A DNA stretch of 64,000 bases from an uncultured Candidatus Peribacteria bacterium (GTDB lineage Bacteria; Patescibacteriota; Gracilibacteria; UBA1369), in assembly GCA_964624115.1 (NCBI GenBank), contig CAZUXI010000006.1, positions 1,060-65,059 of the forward strand. Direction: 5' to 3'. Each line of letters begins with the position of its first letter. Position 1 is the stretch's first letter. Under the pieces are notes generated by a model. It did not search any database. It saw only the letters and a program-made list of their open reading frames with translations, and had not been told where the DNA came from. Positions 54,881-63,722 of this stretch are shown here, in pieces. Both the position numbers and the translations under genes were made by a program.

Positions 54881-54909
54881 GATGAGTCTCCTTTGTATCC
54901 TCAACCGTT

Positions 54910-54961
54910 GAGGACATTTCAAGCTACCTTTTACCATCAAAAGGCAATTTGAAATGTCCTC
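54910..54961 (-). promoter_or_regulatory. Strong hairpin in the 5' leader of the GC-rich gene
   Basis: Perfect 13-bp arms, GAGGACATTTCAA (54910-54922) / TTGAAATGTCCTC (54949-54961), plus an inner 6-bp stem CCTTTT/AAAAGG. An adjacent alternative stem CCTCAA/TTGAGG (54899-54913) shares nucleotides with it. Confidence 0.5.
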
Positions 54962-55167
54962 GTAATATATACCCATGAAACAGAGAATCGGTTTGTACTT
55001 GAGCAAATCTGGCTGGGAAATCCAGGAGAAATCTCAGGCACAAACCATTCTCTATTAAGATTTCAAAGAGCAAGAACCGAAATAGTACTATAATTTAAGA
55101 AAAAATCAAGTTTTTTGACCAAAAAGCTCGAGGGAAAGCAAAAAAAATAGCATCGGAAAATAACGAT

Positions 55168-55185
55168 AGAATTTGAAGCTTCCCA
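55168..55185 (-). repeat. Degenerate partial copy of box B of the bipartite repeat
   Basis: The reverse complement TGGGAAGCTTCAAATTCT resembles box B. No box A partner is found. Confidence 0.3.
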
Positions 55186-55237
55186 CTTCGCTCCTAAAAA
55201 TGGAGCTACGAGGGACGCAGCCACTTAAAAAAACGTT

Positions 55238-55290
55238 AGAATTAGAGGCTCCACCGGTTGCATTTTTTACAATGAAAGACCTTTGCCCAA
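55238..55290 (-). repeat. Bipartite intergenic repeat copy (reverse orientation: TTGGGCAAAGG, 26 nt, TGGAGCCTCTAATTCT)
   Basis: Starts 3 nt after the stop of the 824-aa gene (55294), upstream of GC-rich island 2 on the minus strand. Confidence 0.6.
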
Positions 55291-55293
55291 AAC

Positions 55294-57768
55294 TTAAATA
55301 ATTTTGTCTCCTGATTTTACGCCTTTAACATAATCTTCACATTTCACCTGATAGTAGGCTAATAAACTATCGGGCCAAGCTTTAGGTGAAACTAAACTTC
55401 CATCATTAGTCCCTGGCTTTAAACCAGGTATTTCACTACCTTTCGAATCCTTTAGTCCCGCAAAGTATGACAAGGCATCTGGATCCTGCAAAATCGCAAG
55501 TCTCACCTTATAGCCTAAACTTTTTCTCATTTGCCATTGGAGTGCTTCATAGGCGTCGACATTACCCTCTTTCCAAAACTTCAAAGTATTGAGAATACTT
55601 GAATCAATCTTTGCAGCTGCGTTTTTTTCGATATCCTTAATTTCAGATAACTTAGGAGCTAAGATCCCTTCATAATTGAATAAATTTCTTTTTATTCCCG
55701 AAAGCGCCTTCAAACACTCCTCCTTATCCCCATCATCCTCCATCACCTTCTTCATCACCGTACTATCCAAAAGGTTCCGTCCTTTATACTTCATCGTAAA
55801 CCAATCCAAAATCTGTTGCGCTTCTGTTCCCTGGGTATGATCCAAGGCAAATCGCACCCGGAGCTGCTCCTGCTGCCACGGTGCAAAGCCGGTATAAACC
55901 AGATTTTCATTGATAAAATAATCGAGTCCAGCGCCCTCTTTTCGCTCTTCTATGGCTGGAATTCCGGTAGTAAGAGCACCATATTCAATGGTCCCTTGTG
56001 CCGGTACACGGAAGTACACTTGGAGTTTTTTTCCATCAGCAATATAAACATTCCCTGCCACTTTCAAGAGTTTTTGCAGTTGATCATCAGGTAGAGCCTT
56101 ATAGTCTGGATGAGTCTTGAGAATACGAGTTTTAACATCCTCAATCGCTTTTCCAAGGGCTTCCTGCAAACCTGCATCGCTGCCCGATTTGCTTAAATCA
56201 ACGGTCTGGGCTGTCGTCATATAAAGGCTATCTTGGGCAACTGAACTTATTTTAATAGTATTCGGTGCAACGGTACCGAGTCCTTTAAACGCCTTTGCCG
56301 AATCCTTACTATAATTCTGATCCACGTGAGCAGGTAAATCCGCCTCTTGAATCACACTAAACTTATTTTTTCCACTTCCCAGGCTTTCAATCCATTTTTT
56401 GACCTCTTCGGTTGTTCCTGGTTTTCCCCAAACTTTTTGGTAAAGCCATGGACTCAAACCGGTAAGCCCTTCGCCCGCCCACATCCAGTTCCAACCACGG
56501 GTGACCTTATCTTCCACCTGATGTTCAACTCGATCAGGAAAAGAGGCATCAACTTTAAGATAATCTTTTGAAATCATTTGTTCAGCAACCAGATCCACAA
56601 AGGTTCGGCTGGTTCGGCCTGAAGTCGAATAATGCTGCTCAAGCTTCGTAAGCCAGGCGAGCATTTTTGTTTTATCCTGAGCCTCACTACCCGCCATTTT
56701 TTTGAAAAACTTATCAAGTCCCTGATACATTTTATCTGCTGGCAAACCTTTTTGATCCACTCCCTTGACCGTAATTTTCCCACTTCCATCAGCCAAAGCC
56801 TGTTTATATTTTCGAATAACCTCGGTCGCTGGTTGATCTCCAAGCTTCACAATACAATCACGAATTGCTGCCGCCTGAGCTTCATCCGCCTGAAACTGTT
56901 CTTTCCAAAAGGCCGGATTTCCAGCCGTAGAACTAAAACCTTCACCCAACATGGTAAGAGCAGATTTACCGGTGAAAAGTTTGGTTAAATAGTTTCCTCC
57001 AACTCCGGCGAGGCCAATTCCTATAATGTATTTCCCCGCAACTTTGAGTTGATCACGAACTTTCGATACACTTTCATTTTTAGTGGTCGCCACATAGATA
57101 CTAATCGCCAAGAGAGAAGCGAGTGCAGCAAACTTCTCCTTGGAGTCCATATGATCAAAATTCTTTTTGAGATCACGAAACACCTCTTTTACATCACTCA
57201 TGATGGATTTTGCTTCGGTCTCTTTCTTAAACCCTGCCCGTTCCTGGGTAAATTTAAGTCGATATTCCATCGATTTTTCTGCATTCTGACGGATCGCGCG
57301 ATAGGTCAAATAAGCCTTTAAGAGCTCTTCACTCTTCACCGACCGTTTATTTTTTGCGTCCAATGGATTCGTTCCATCGGGAATAATAAGGAGCAGATAT
57401 TTATTGACCGTACTGAGAAACGCCGCGCTACTCGGAGCTTCAAAAACAGAAGTATCAAAACCATCCTGCTTGCTGTCGGTCACGAAGGTCTTGGCACTAT
57501 TGAGGACTTTTGCCATTTCAACTTCACCAACCGCTTTTCCCTGCTCAGCAATATCTAGTGCCGTTCCAAACTTAAAGTTCTCTTTAAAATACTTTTGGGA
57601 AGTCTTTAAATCAGCGCCCATAAACTGATGATCCTGCAAATACGACCGAATACGCTCAGGCTCAAGGGTTTCTTGATCTGGAGTTTTTTCGCCCAAGGCA
57701 TTTTTTTTATCCAGTTTCTGGTATTCAGAGACCAAATCCGCCGCTTTATAATCGATTCCACCTGCCAT
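55294..57768 (-). CDS. ORFan protein (824 aa) with two internal hydrophobic segments; last gene of the five-gene operon
   Basis: No catalytic or known motif, and no signal peptide. Hydrophobic stretches are FAALASLLAISIYVATT and YIIGIGLAGVGGNYLTKLF. Confidence 0.65.
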   Translation of the reverse strand: MAGGIDYKAADLVSEYQKLDKKNALGEKTPDQETLEPERIRSYLQDHQFMGADLKTSQKYFKENFKFGTALDIAEQGKAVGEVEMAKVLNSAKTFVTDSKQDGFDTSVFEAPSSAAFLSTVNKYLLLIIPDGTNPLDAKNKRSVKSEELLKAYLTYRAIRQNAEKSMEYRLKFTQERAGFKKETEAKSIMSDVKEVFRDLKKNFDHMDSKEKFAALASLLAISIYVATTKNESVSKVRDQLKVAGKYIIGIGLAGVGGNYLTKLFTGKSALTMLGEGFSSTAGNPAFWKEQFQADEAQAAAIRDCIVKLGDQPATEVIRKYKQALADGSGKITVKGVDQKGLPADKMYQGLDKFFKKMAGSEAQDKTKMLAWLTKLEQHYSTSGRTSRTFVDLVAEQMISKDYLKVDASFPDRVEHQVEDKVTRGWNWMWAGEGLTGLSPWLYQKVWGKPGTTEEVKKWIESLGSGKNKFSVIQEADLPAHVDQNYSKDSAKAFKGLGTVAPNTIKISSVAQDSLYMTTAQTVDLSKSGSDAGLQEALGKAIEDVKTRILKTHPDYKALPDDQLQKLLKVAGNVYIADGKKLQVYFRVPAQGTIEYGALTTGIPAIEERKEGAGLDYFINENLVYTGFAPWQQEQLRVRFALDHTQGTEAQQILDWFTMKYKGRNLLDSTVMKKVMEDDGDKEECLKALSGIKRNLFNYEGILAPKLSEIKDIEKNAAAKIDSSILNTLKFWKEGNVDAYEALQWQMRKSLGYKVRLAILQDPDALSYFAGLKDSKGSEIPGLKPGTNDGSLVSPKAWPDSLLAYYQVKCEDYVKGVKSGDKII

Positions 57769-57826
57769 TTTGACTTACACAATTGATAAAATCTTCTTAT
57801 TATACCAAAAAATCAGCAAAAACGCA

Positions 57827-58240
57827 CTATTTCTGGAGTTTTTTCCTCAATTCCTCAATCTGATTCGTCTGTTGCATCCCTCGGTGCTCCTCTAAATCCT
57901 TCACCGCCGTGTTTTCGGCCAGCGCGACCTCATCCTTATAAGCTTTCATCACTGCGGCGTACACCTCCGGCTGTTTTTCCGCCATTTCCCGTAAATCCAC
58001 CATAAACGTCTGATTTCGGTTCTGAAACTCAGCTCGGAGGGTTTCTAAAGCCTGGCGAGCTTTCTCCAATTGCTCCTGATTATGGGCCTGAGCTTCTTCA
58101 ATTTCAGAGAGCAGGCGTTGGATCTCCTCAGCATCAAGTTCGGGATTATTCAGCTGATTGGTCCAGTACTCCTTGCGCTCAGCAGAAAAGTCACTGTGAA
58201 GGAGAAGTTGTAAAAGCTCGGGGAAGAGAGAAGTATTCAT
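57827..58240 (-). CDS. Small acidic coiled-coil protein (137 aa)
   Basis: Glu/Gln-rich helical sequence, separated by 20 nt and 58 nt from its neighbours. Confidence 0.6.
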   Translation of the reverse strand: MNTSLFPELLQLLLHSDFSAERKEYWTNQLNNPELDAEEIQRLLSEIEEAQAHNQEQLEKARQALETLRAEFQNRNQTFMVDLREMAEKQPEVYAAVMKAYKDEVALAENTAVKDLEEHRGMQQTNQIEELRKKLQK

Positions 58241-58260
58241 AAAATTGAGAAGTGAAAAAA

Positions 58261-60276
58261 TTACGCGACTTTGTTCCCCATGAGAGGAATTTTTCTACTA
58301 CTTTTCTTTTTCTTGTTAAGCTCTTTCTGAATGGTATCAAAAGTGACTTCATCAAGTTCCTGAAAGCTTTTTCCCCGATATTTATCATTCATCGTGAAAT
58401 ACTCAAAAACCTTTTGAATTTGAGGAATTTTAGGAGTCTTTTGAACAAAAAGCTTGGTTCGTTCAAATGCCAGCGCTAAATCGTTTGCTTGAGGTTTTAA
58501 GAGTCGCTGGGTGTCAAAAACTACTTTCGATTTTTGAATCCCTTGAAAAAAGAAAGAAAAAATCGTTTGGTACCCGGAATTTTTTAAAAACGCCGAAAGG
58601 TCGGCAGTATTCACCTTCTGTTTACGCATCAGTTTAGCCCATTCTTGAACCTCATTTTCTGGCACAGTAACGCGGGTAAGAGTTCTTAACCGGCCACCAA
58701 GATCTTTCAATTCAGCTTCAGTAAGTTGAGCTTCAGGAATCTTTGGAGGCGCTTCGTTTGCCAGGAATTTTTCAAAATTCGTATCAAAATCATCGAAAGA
58801 AGTGTGTCCCCATTTTTTTGCAAAATCTTTCAATTTATCTTCCAGGTCCGTGAGTCCCTTCTTCTGAACATCAATCGCATAACCCAGTAGGGAAGCAAGA
58901 TGTTCTTTTCGGAAACTGACCCGTTTTTCTGCTGTTAAAACCTCTTTTCCAGAAGGAAGTTTTCCTTGGAATAAAAACTGGAGAACTTTGACCCGTACAT
59001 CCGTATTGAGATTAACTTTCCCGTCATTAAGTTCAGTAAGAAATGCCGGCTGTTTTTGTCGTAACACCTTAATATAAGCATCAATTTCCCCCTGATCCAT
59101 TTTCTGCCCGGAAATTTCCAGAAAAAACCGTTGGGAAATTGCGGCTTCACGTGCCTTTTCTTTGGCAGAAACCGGTTCTTTATATTCAGGTGAAGTCGTT
59201 GCCGCAGACCGATGTTCAATTCCTAAAGTTTCATCCATAAAGTAACTGAGATCCTGAAGTCCCGTCTCCTTACTAAAAGCTCCAATTTGACTGCGAAGAG
59301 TAGCAACTTCATGTTCAAACTCTTCTGGATACATCGTAGCCTTTTGTTCTTTCAGAAGTTTTACCTGATCCCCAAATGCCTGGTTATAAACTTCCCGTCC
59401 CTTTTCACGAATCTCCTCAAGTTGTTGTTGAACATTCGCAATAATTTTTCGATTTTTTTCGAGTTGGGAACCTTTTTCTCGTAACTCTTTTTTCGCAACT
59501 TTTAAGGCTTCATTACGTCCCTGTTCAGTAATGCTGTTGAGTTTAAAAGCTTCCGCCGCACTTTTTGCCGCAGTTGCCACGAGTGAATCTCTTCCACTCA
59601 CAAGAACAGAAGCGGTACCACCTCTCGCCGCCACCTTACTTTCATGAATCTTTTTCGCAAGTTCGTACATCTGAGTATAAGATTTTTCACTCGCGACTAA
59701 TCGGGCCACTTCAGCTTCTTTTCCCTTAATATCTCCTTCAAGTTTTTCCGTGTCGGTAACAAGCTTATCAAAATCATCAGCGGTGAACCGAAAATCCATC
59801 AGTCTTCGCGCCGTCATTCCAGCACCAACTCCTGCAAGAATTGAACCGGTTGCCACGCCAACACCAATCGCCGCAGGCAAAGCTGCATACCGAAGAAGTT
59901 TTTTCCCCATGGCTGCCGCACTTCCTTTCAACCCAACCGCCGTAACACTTTCATCCAGCTTAAACTCATTGGAAACACCCGCGGGAACATATTTCCCTGA
60001 CACCTGGGTAATCTGACCTTTATATTTATCCATAATTTCAGCCTCCCGGGTATCACGAGCTTTTTGCTGCATTTCTGCGACACGCCCATTCACAAGTTTG
60101 GTAAACTTGGCGAGATCCGTCTGAAAGAGCTGTTCCTGGGTATGCATCCGCTTGATGATTTCATCCACATCCGCATCGGGACTCAGGGGCCGAACAATCC
60201 TGCGGGCCGTTTCATCAACCGCAGCTTCCAGATAGCGTTGCTCGACATCATTATTGTTGGAATTTGGTGTATTCAT
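58261..60276 (-). CDS. ORFan protein (671 aa) with an internal Gly/Ala-rich hydrophobic hairpin-like segment and coiled-coil regions
   Basis: Hydrophobic segment LLRYAALPAAIGVGVATGSILAGVGAGMTA. No known motif. Confidence 0.65.
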   Translation of the reverse strand: MNTPNSNNNDVEQRYLEAAVDETARRIVRPLSPDADVDEIIKRMHTQEQLFQTDLAKFTKLVNGRVAEMQQKARDTREAEIMDKYKGQITQVSGKYVPAGVSNEFKLDESVTAVGLKGSAAAMGKKLLRYAALPAAIGVGVATGSILAGVGAGMTARRLMDFRFTADDFDKLVTDTEKLEGDIKGKEAEVARLVASEKSYTQMYELAKKIHESKVAARGGTASVLVSGRDSLVATAAKSAAEAFKLNSITEQGRNEALKVAKKELREKGSQLEKNRKIIANVQQQLEEIREKGREVYNQAFGDQVKLLKEQKATMYPEEFEHEVATLRSQIGAFSKETGLQDLSYFMDETLGIEHRSAATTSPEYKEPVSAKEKAREAAISQRFFLEISGQKMDQGEIDAYIKVLRQKQPAFLTELNDGKVNLNTDVRVKVLQFLFQGKLPSGKEVLTAEKRVSFRKEHLASLLGYAIDVQKKGLTDLEDKLKDFAKKWGHTSFDDFDTNFEKFLANEAPPKIPEAQLTEAELKDLGGRLRTLTRVTVPENEVQEWAKLMRKQKVNTADLSAFLKNSGYQTIFSFFFQGIQKSKVVFDTQRLLKPQANDLALAFERTKLFVQKTPKIPQIQKVFEYFTMNDKYRGKSFQELDEVTFDTIQKELNKKKKSSRKIPLMGNKVA

Positions 60277-60289
60277 AAAAAGATATCAA

Positions 60290-60640
60290 TTAACGTGTGG
60301 AAAGGAGACGATCAATTTCTTGAGCGTCATAAATAAGTTCTTCATAAAGTGACTGAATCTCTCGCTCAATTCGTTCTTTAAGTCCAGGAATTTGTGGTGC
60401 AATCATCATAATTGCGTCCAGTTCATCAATCTCTTGATGATCCAATAAAATTCGTTCAAACATATCCAGTTCTTTGTCCATAAAGCTATCAATCACCGTA
60501 TCCATCACTCGTTGTGACAACCTCATAACAATGCCAAGTTTAAGCTCTTCAGCACTTTCCGAAGTTTTATCCTGAACCTTCAAGGCATCCAAAACATCAT
60601 TGACGAACTCCTCATATTTGAAATAACGAACTTGTGACAT
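60290..60640 (-). CDS. Small acidic helical protein (116 aa)
   Basis: Asp/Glu-rich, with 13-nt and 16-nt gaps to its neighbours. Confidence 0.6.
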   Translation of the reverse strand: MSQVRYFKYEEFVNDVLDALKVQDKTSESAEELKLGIVMRLSQRVMDTVIDSFMDKELDMFERILLDHQEIDELDAIMMIAPQIPGLKERIEREIQSLYEELIYDAQEIDRLLSTR

Positions 60641-60656
60641 AAAAAAAATTTAATAA

Positions 60657-63578
60657 TTACGAAGAAGTAGGGGCATCTGGGGGATTACTTTTCCACCAAC
60701 TGCCTCTAAGTTTAGAAGAAACCCAATTCAGGACACGTCCAGGTGCACGATAAACATATTTAATCGGGTCAACGATGAAGGTTTCACCCAACGGTTTGAG
60801 TCCACGATTCCAAAGTTTATTGACCACATTAGCCCCACCTTCATACACAAATCCGGTCCCTCCACGAATCTTTCCCCAAGCACTGCCTGCAACCCGTTTG
60901 GTCATGTCATAGGTTTCATAGGCTTGAACTGCTGAACTTAAGACTGAAGCAGCCGTCATCAATCCTTCACTGCTTAAATAATCCTGGGCTTTTTTCCCTT
61001 TCATATTGTTGGCTTTGATGTACTGATAGGCTTGCTTTAACTTGTCGAAATATTTGTCCTTCAAAACATCTTTTGCAAACTCCCGTTTCCATTCGGCCAT
61101 CTCGGAAGCATTATTTCCCAGAAGCTCTAAAATGCCCCGAACCTCGTTTCGATCAGCCTGTTGATCATCAAGAATTCTTTGGAGAAAGAGAGCGTTTCGA
61201 TCACCTTCCATTCCGCGCACGGTTTCCGCGTATCGACCGGTTCTTAACTCGCGTTTAACAATCTGCAAGTTTTTAATAATCGAACGCATACTCTTCACGT
61301 CCTTGTCGTAGAGTTCCACTTTCCCCCCGTCATTAAGAAGTTCAAAAGATTCCAAGATTTGGGTCAGTTTTTCTTCAAACTCTTTCAACTTGGCTTCAGG
61401 AATTTTATTTTTCGCAATAAAGTCACGTGCCTCACTCAAAGTGGCATCAGGGGGTAAATCTTTAAAGACATAGAGTGACTTATCAAATCCAGAAACATAA
61501 GTAATAACATCCTGTGCTTTATAAACATTTCGTTTCGCAAAATTGGCTAAAAACCACTTTTTAAACCGGTTCAGACGTCGTGATCCTAAAGTCTCGGCCC
61601 CCAGCCGTTCGCTGTGTTCACGGTTTTCAGCACGCGCTAAACGAATTCCATGTTCAGCTTCATCCACCTGTTCCAGCATCGTCTTAAACGCATTAATTTT
61701 CCGGCTTTCAGGATTGGTATTTCCACGTCGTTCAAAATCCGTTTCATTGAGCATAAACAGAAGTTGTCGGGTGGTAATTTTTTCCCGCTTTCGGAAAAGG
61801 GGAATAAACTCATTATTTATTTCCCGAGTCATATTAGACATCTGGGTATTGGTAAACGTGTTCAAATGAACTTGAAAATCTGAAAATGGATTAGGTCCAC
61901 CTCGCGGTGGACGCGGTCCCGCAACAAGAGGAATAACCGGTTCAGTTTGTCCAAATAATTGTTCTTCAGTAGATTCTCCAGGCGCAAAAGCCACCGCCTG
62001 ATAAGTAACAAAATTCGGAACAGGATTCGCGGGAGTCTGTCCCGTAAGGGTCACCACCAGCTCATTTCGTGTTTGCCGATAGTTTTTTTCCAGATTATTA
62101 ATCTCTGCCTGGAGTCGTGTTTTTTCTTTATCCGTGGCATTAATCTGCGCCACCGTTTCTCGGTAGCCAGTATCAATCACCCCACCGCCAGGAACAGCAG
62201 CCGGAGGAGGTAACCCGGCGAGCGTCCTTCGTAAGTTATAGAGATTCGCTCCCGAAGTATCCGCATCAGTATAAAGTTTTGATAAGTTACGGTGCATTTC
62301 GGCCACATTTCGTGTCAATTCCTGAATACGTTCCACCTGCTGAAGTTCCGGTGAAGGTTCCTGCCCTGCCTGTCGGGTCTCCACCACCGGCGCTAAGCGT
62401 CCACGAATAAGCATAAGGACTTCACGAAGTCGTTCTGGCGTTCGATTGAAATTTGGTTGTGCCGGATCGTTCCGGTTTTCCGCATACTCCTCTAAGTATT
62501 TAATCAAAGCACTCGCATCCACAGAGTTTTCAATCGTATAAAAACTATCATCCACCAGAATCTGATCAATAAGTTCACGAATCGTGGTATTCGGTGCAGC
62601 GCCAGGGGGCAGAGGAATAACCCGTAACCGTTCCAAAACCTGTTGAAGCCTTCGATGATCATAAACCATCGTCATATTCTGGTCCCGACGTTCTTCGAGT
62701 TCAACCGATCGCATTTCAATCAGTCGATCCAGAGGTGTTGCCGGTGGTTCCGGTGGCATCGTTGGATCCACCAGGCCGATTGGGGGTTGTTGAAAAATTA
62801 AACCACCACCCGGATTCATCACATTTGCCCGAAGCTGTCGCAACTGGTGAGCGGTAGCATTGCTGAGTTGTAATGCCTGTGGATTCACTCCTGCAGGTGC
62901 CCCCGCGGGAAATACTACTCCCAATGCAATCAAATACATCTGAATTTGAAGCTGTTGGGCAGCATTGAGCGGAGCCAAAACATCATTCGCCAATCGCAGT
63001 CGAATGGCTTCATGTTGAAGATTTGGTCCTCCAACAAAATTGCGTACCGTACCCAAAACCCCAGCTGCTGGATTTTGGAGGCCGTAGAGCTCTTCCATCC
63101 GTCGACCAACCGCATCACCATTTTCCCTAAAAATACCAATAATTGACCGTAATCCACTCCATCCTTTCAGAGCAATTTTTCCCAAAGTACCTCGGCGTTG
63201 CCGTTCCAAACTCATCTCTCGTGCCACACTGCTCCGAAGTGCATGCTGAACCCGTAAATCCATCACTTTTTCTTCAGCGGGACGATTGGGATCATCATAC
63301 CGGCCAATCGCATTATGAATCGCTTCATTCGTTCCCATCCAGATGTTCGTCACCACTTGATTGCCTAAATCCATTGCCCCTTCATACTCTTTGCGCGGCT
63401 GCCGTTCCTGACGCACCATTTCACTGCTTTGCCCATGCAAAAAATGCTGCTGGTCCTGGAGCGGTTCAGACCGGTCTTTTTTAGGAACAAACCATATTAA
63501 GCGCGAATTAGAAATAACCGCATTGTCCTGCTGTTTTTTTTGAGGGACGTGCCGGGAATTTCGCCAAAAATCACACAT
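60657..63578 (-). CDS. ORFan protein (about 973 aa from ATG 63578; the ORF opens at TTG 63599); first gene of the five-gene operon
   Basis: No known motif. Pro-rich stretches and one hydrophobic segment (MYLIALGVVFPAGAPAGV). The start codon is uncertain. Confidence 0.6.
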   Translation of the reverse strand: MCDFWRNSRHVPQKKQQDNAVISNSRLIWFVPKKDRSEPLQDQQHFLHGQSSEMVRQERQPRKEYEGAMDLGNQVVTNIWMGTNEAIHNAIGRYDDPNRPAEEKVMDLRVQHALRSSVAREMSLERQRRGTLGKIALKGWSGLRSIIGIFRENGDAVGRRMEELYGLQNPAAGVLGTVRNFVGGPNLQHEAIRLRLANDVLAPLNAAQQLQIQMYLIALGVVFPAGAPAGVNPQALQLSNATAHQLRQLRANVMNPGGGLIFQQPPIGLVDPTMPPEPPATPLDRLIEMRSVELEERRDQNMTMVYDHRRLQQVLERLRVIPLPPGAAPNTTIRELIDQILVDDSFYTIENSVDASALIKYLEEYAENRNDPAQPNFNRTPERLREVLMLIRGRLAPVVETRQAGQEPSPELQQVERIQELTRNVAEMHRNLSKLYTDADTSGANLYNLRRTLAGLPPPAAVPGGGVIDTGYRETVAQINATDKEKTRLQAEINNLEKNYRQTRNELVVTLTGQTPANPVPNFVTYQAVAFAPGESTEEQLFGQTEPVIPLVAGPRPPRGGPNPFSDFQVHLNTFTNTQMSNMTREINNEFIPLFRKREKITTRQLLFMLNETDFERRGNTNPESRKINAFKTMLEQVDEAEHGIRLARAENREHSERLGAETLGSRRLNRFKKWFLANFAKRNVYKAQDVITYVSGFDKSLYVFKDLPPDATLSEARDFIAKNKIPEAKLKEFEEKLTQILESFELLNDGGKVELYDKDVKSMRSIIKNLQIVKRELRTGRYAETVRGMEGDRNALFLQRILDDQQADRNEVRGILELLGNNASEMAEWKREFAKDVLKDKYFDKLKQAYQYIKANNMKGKKAQDYLSSEGLMTAASVLSSAVQAYETYDMTKRVAGSAWGKIRGGTGFVYEGGANVVNKLWNRGLKPLGETFIVDPIKYVYRAPGRVLNWVSSKLRGSWWKSNPPDAPTSS

Positions 63579-63722
63579 ATTGAGAATAAAATCCCTCAAT
63601 TATACCATAAAAACGCATCTCCGAGAAATGACATATCCACCTTTTCCTTTCATGACCCGTTGCACCGAAAAACCATCAATGTTAGCATGACCGGGTAAAA
63701 ATTCCTTTTATCAAAGAAAACG

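Noticed and set aside
5346-55290. Reading the bipartite repeat as a CRISPR array, a sigma-54 promoter, a PurR operator or a conserved micro-ORF
   Set aside because: - **CRISPR:** the copies are dispersed kilobases apart, not regularly spaced.
- **Sigma-54:** TGGCA is not followed by TTGC at the required 5-nt spacing.
- **PurR operator:** only two copies are near purine or folate genes, and the CGAAC-like string occurs in a single spacer.
- **Micro-ORF:** the ATGGCAAAA-initiated peptides at 10018 and 52142 read box B in different frames, so no peptide is conserved.
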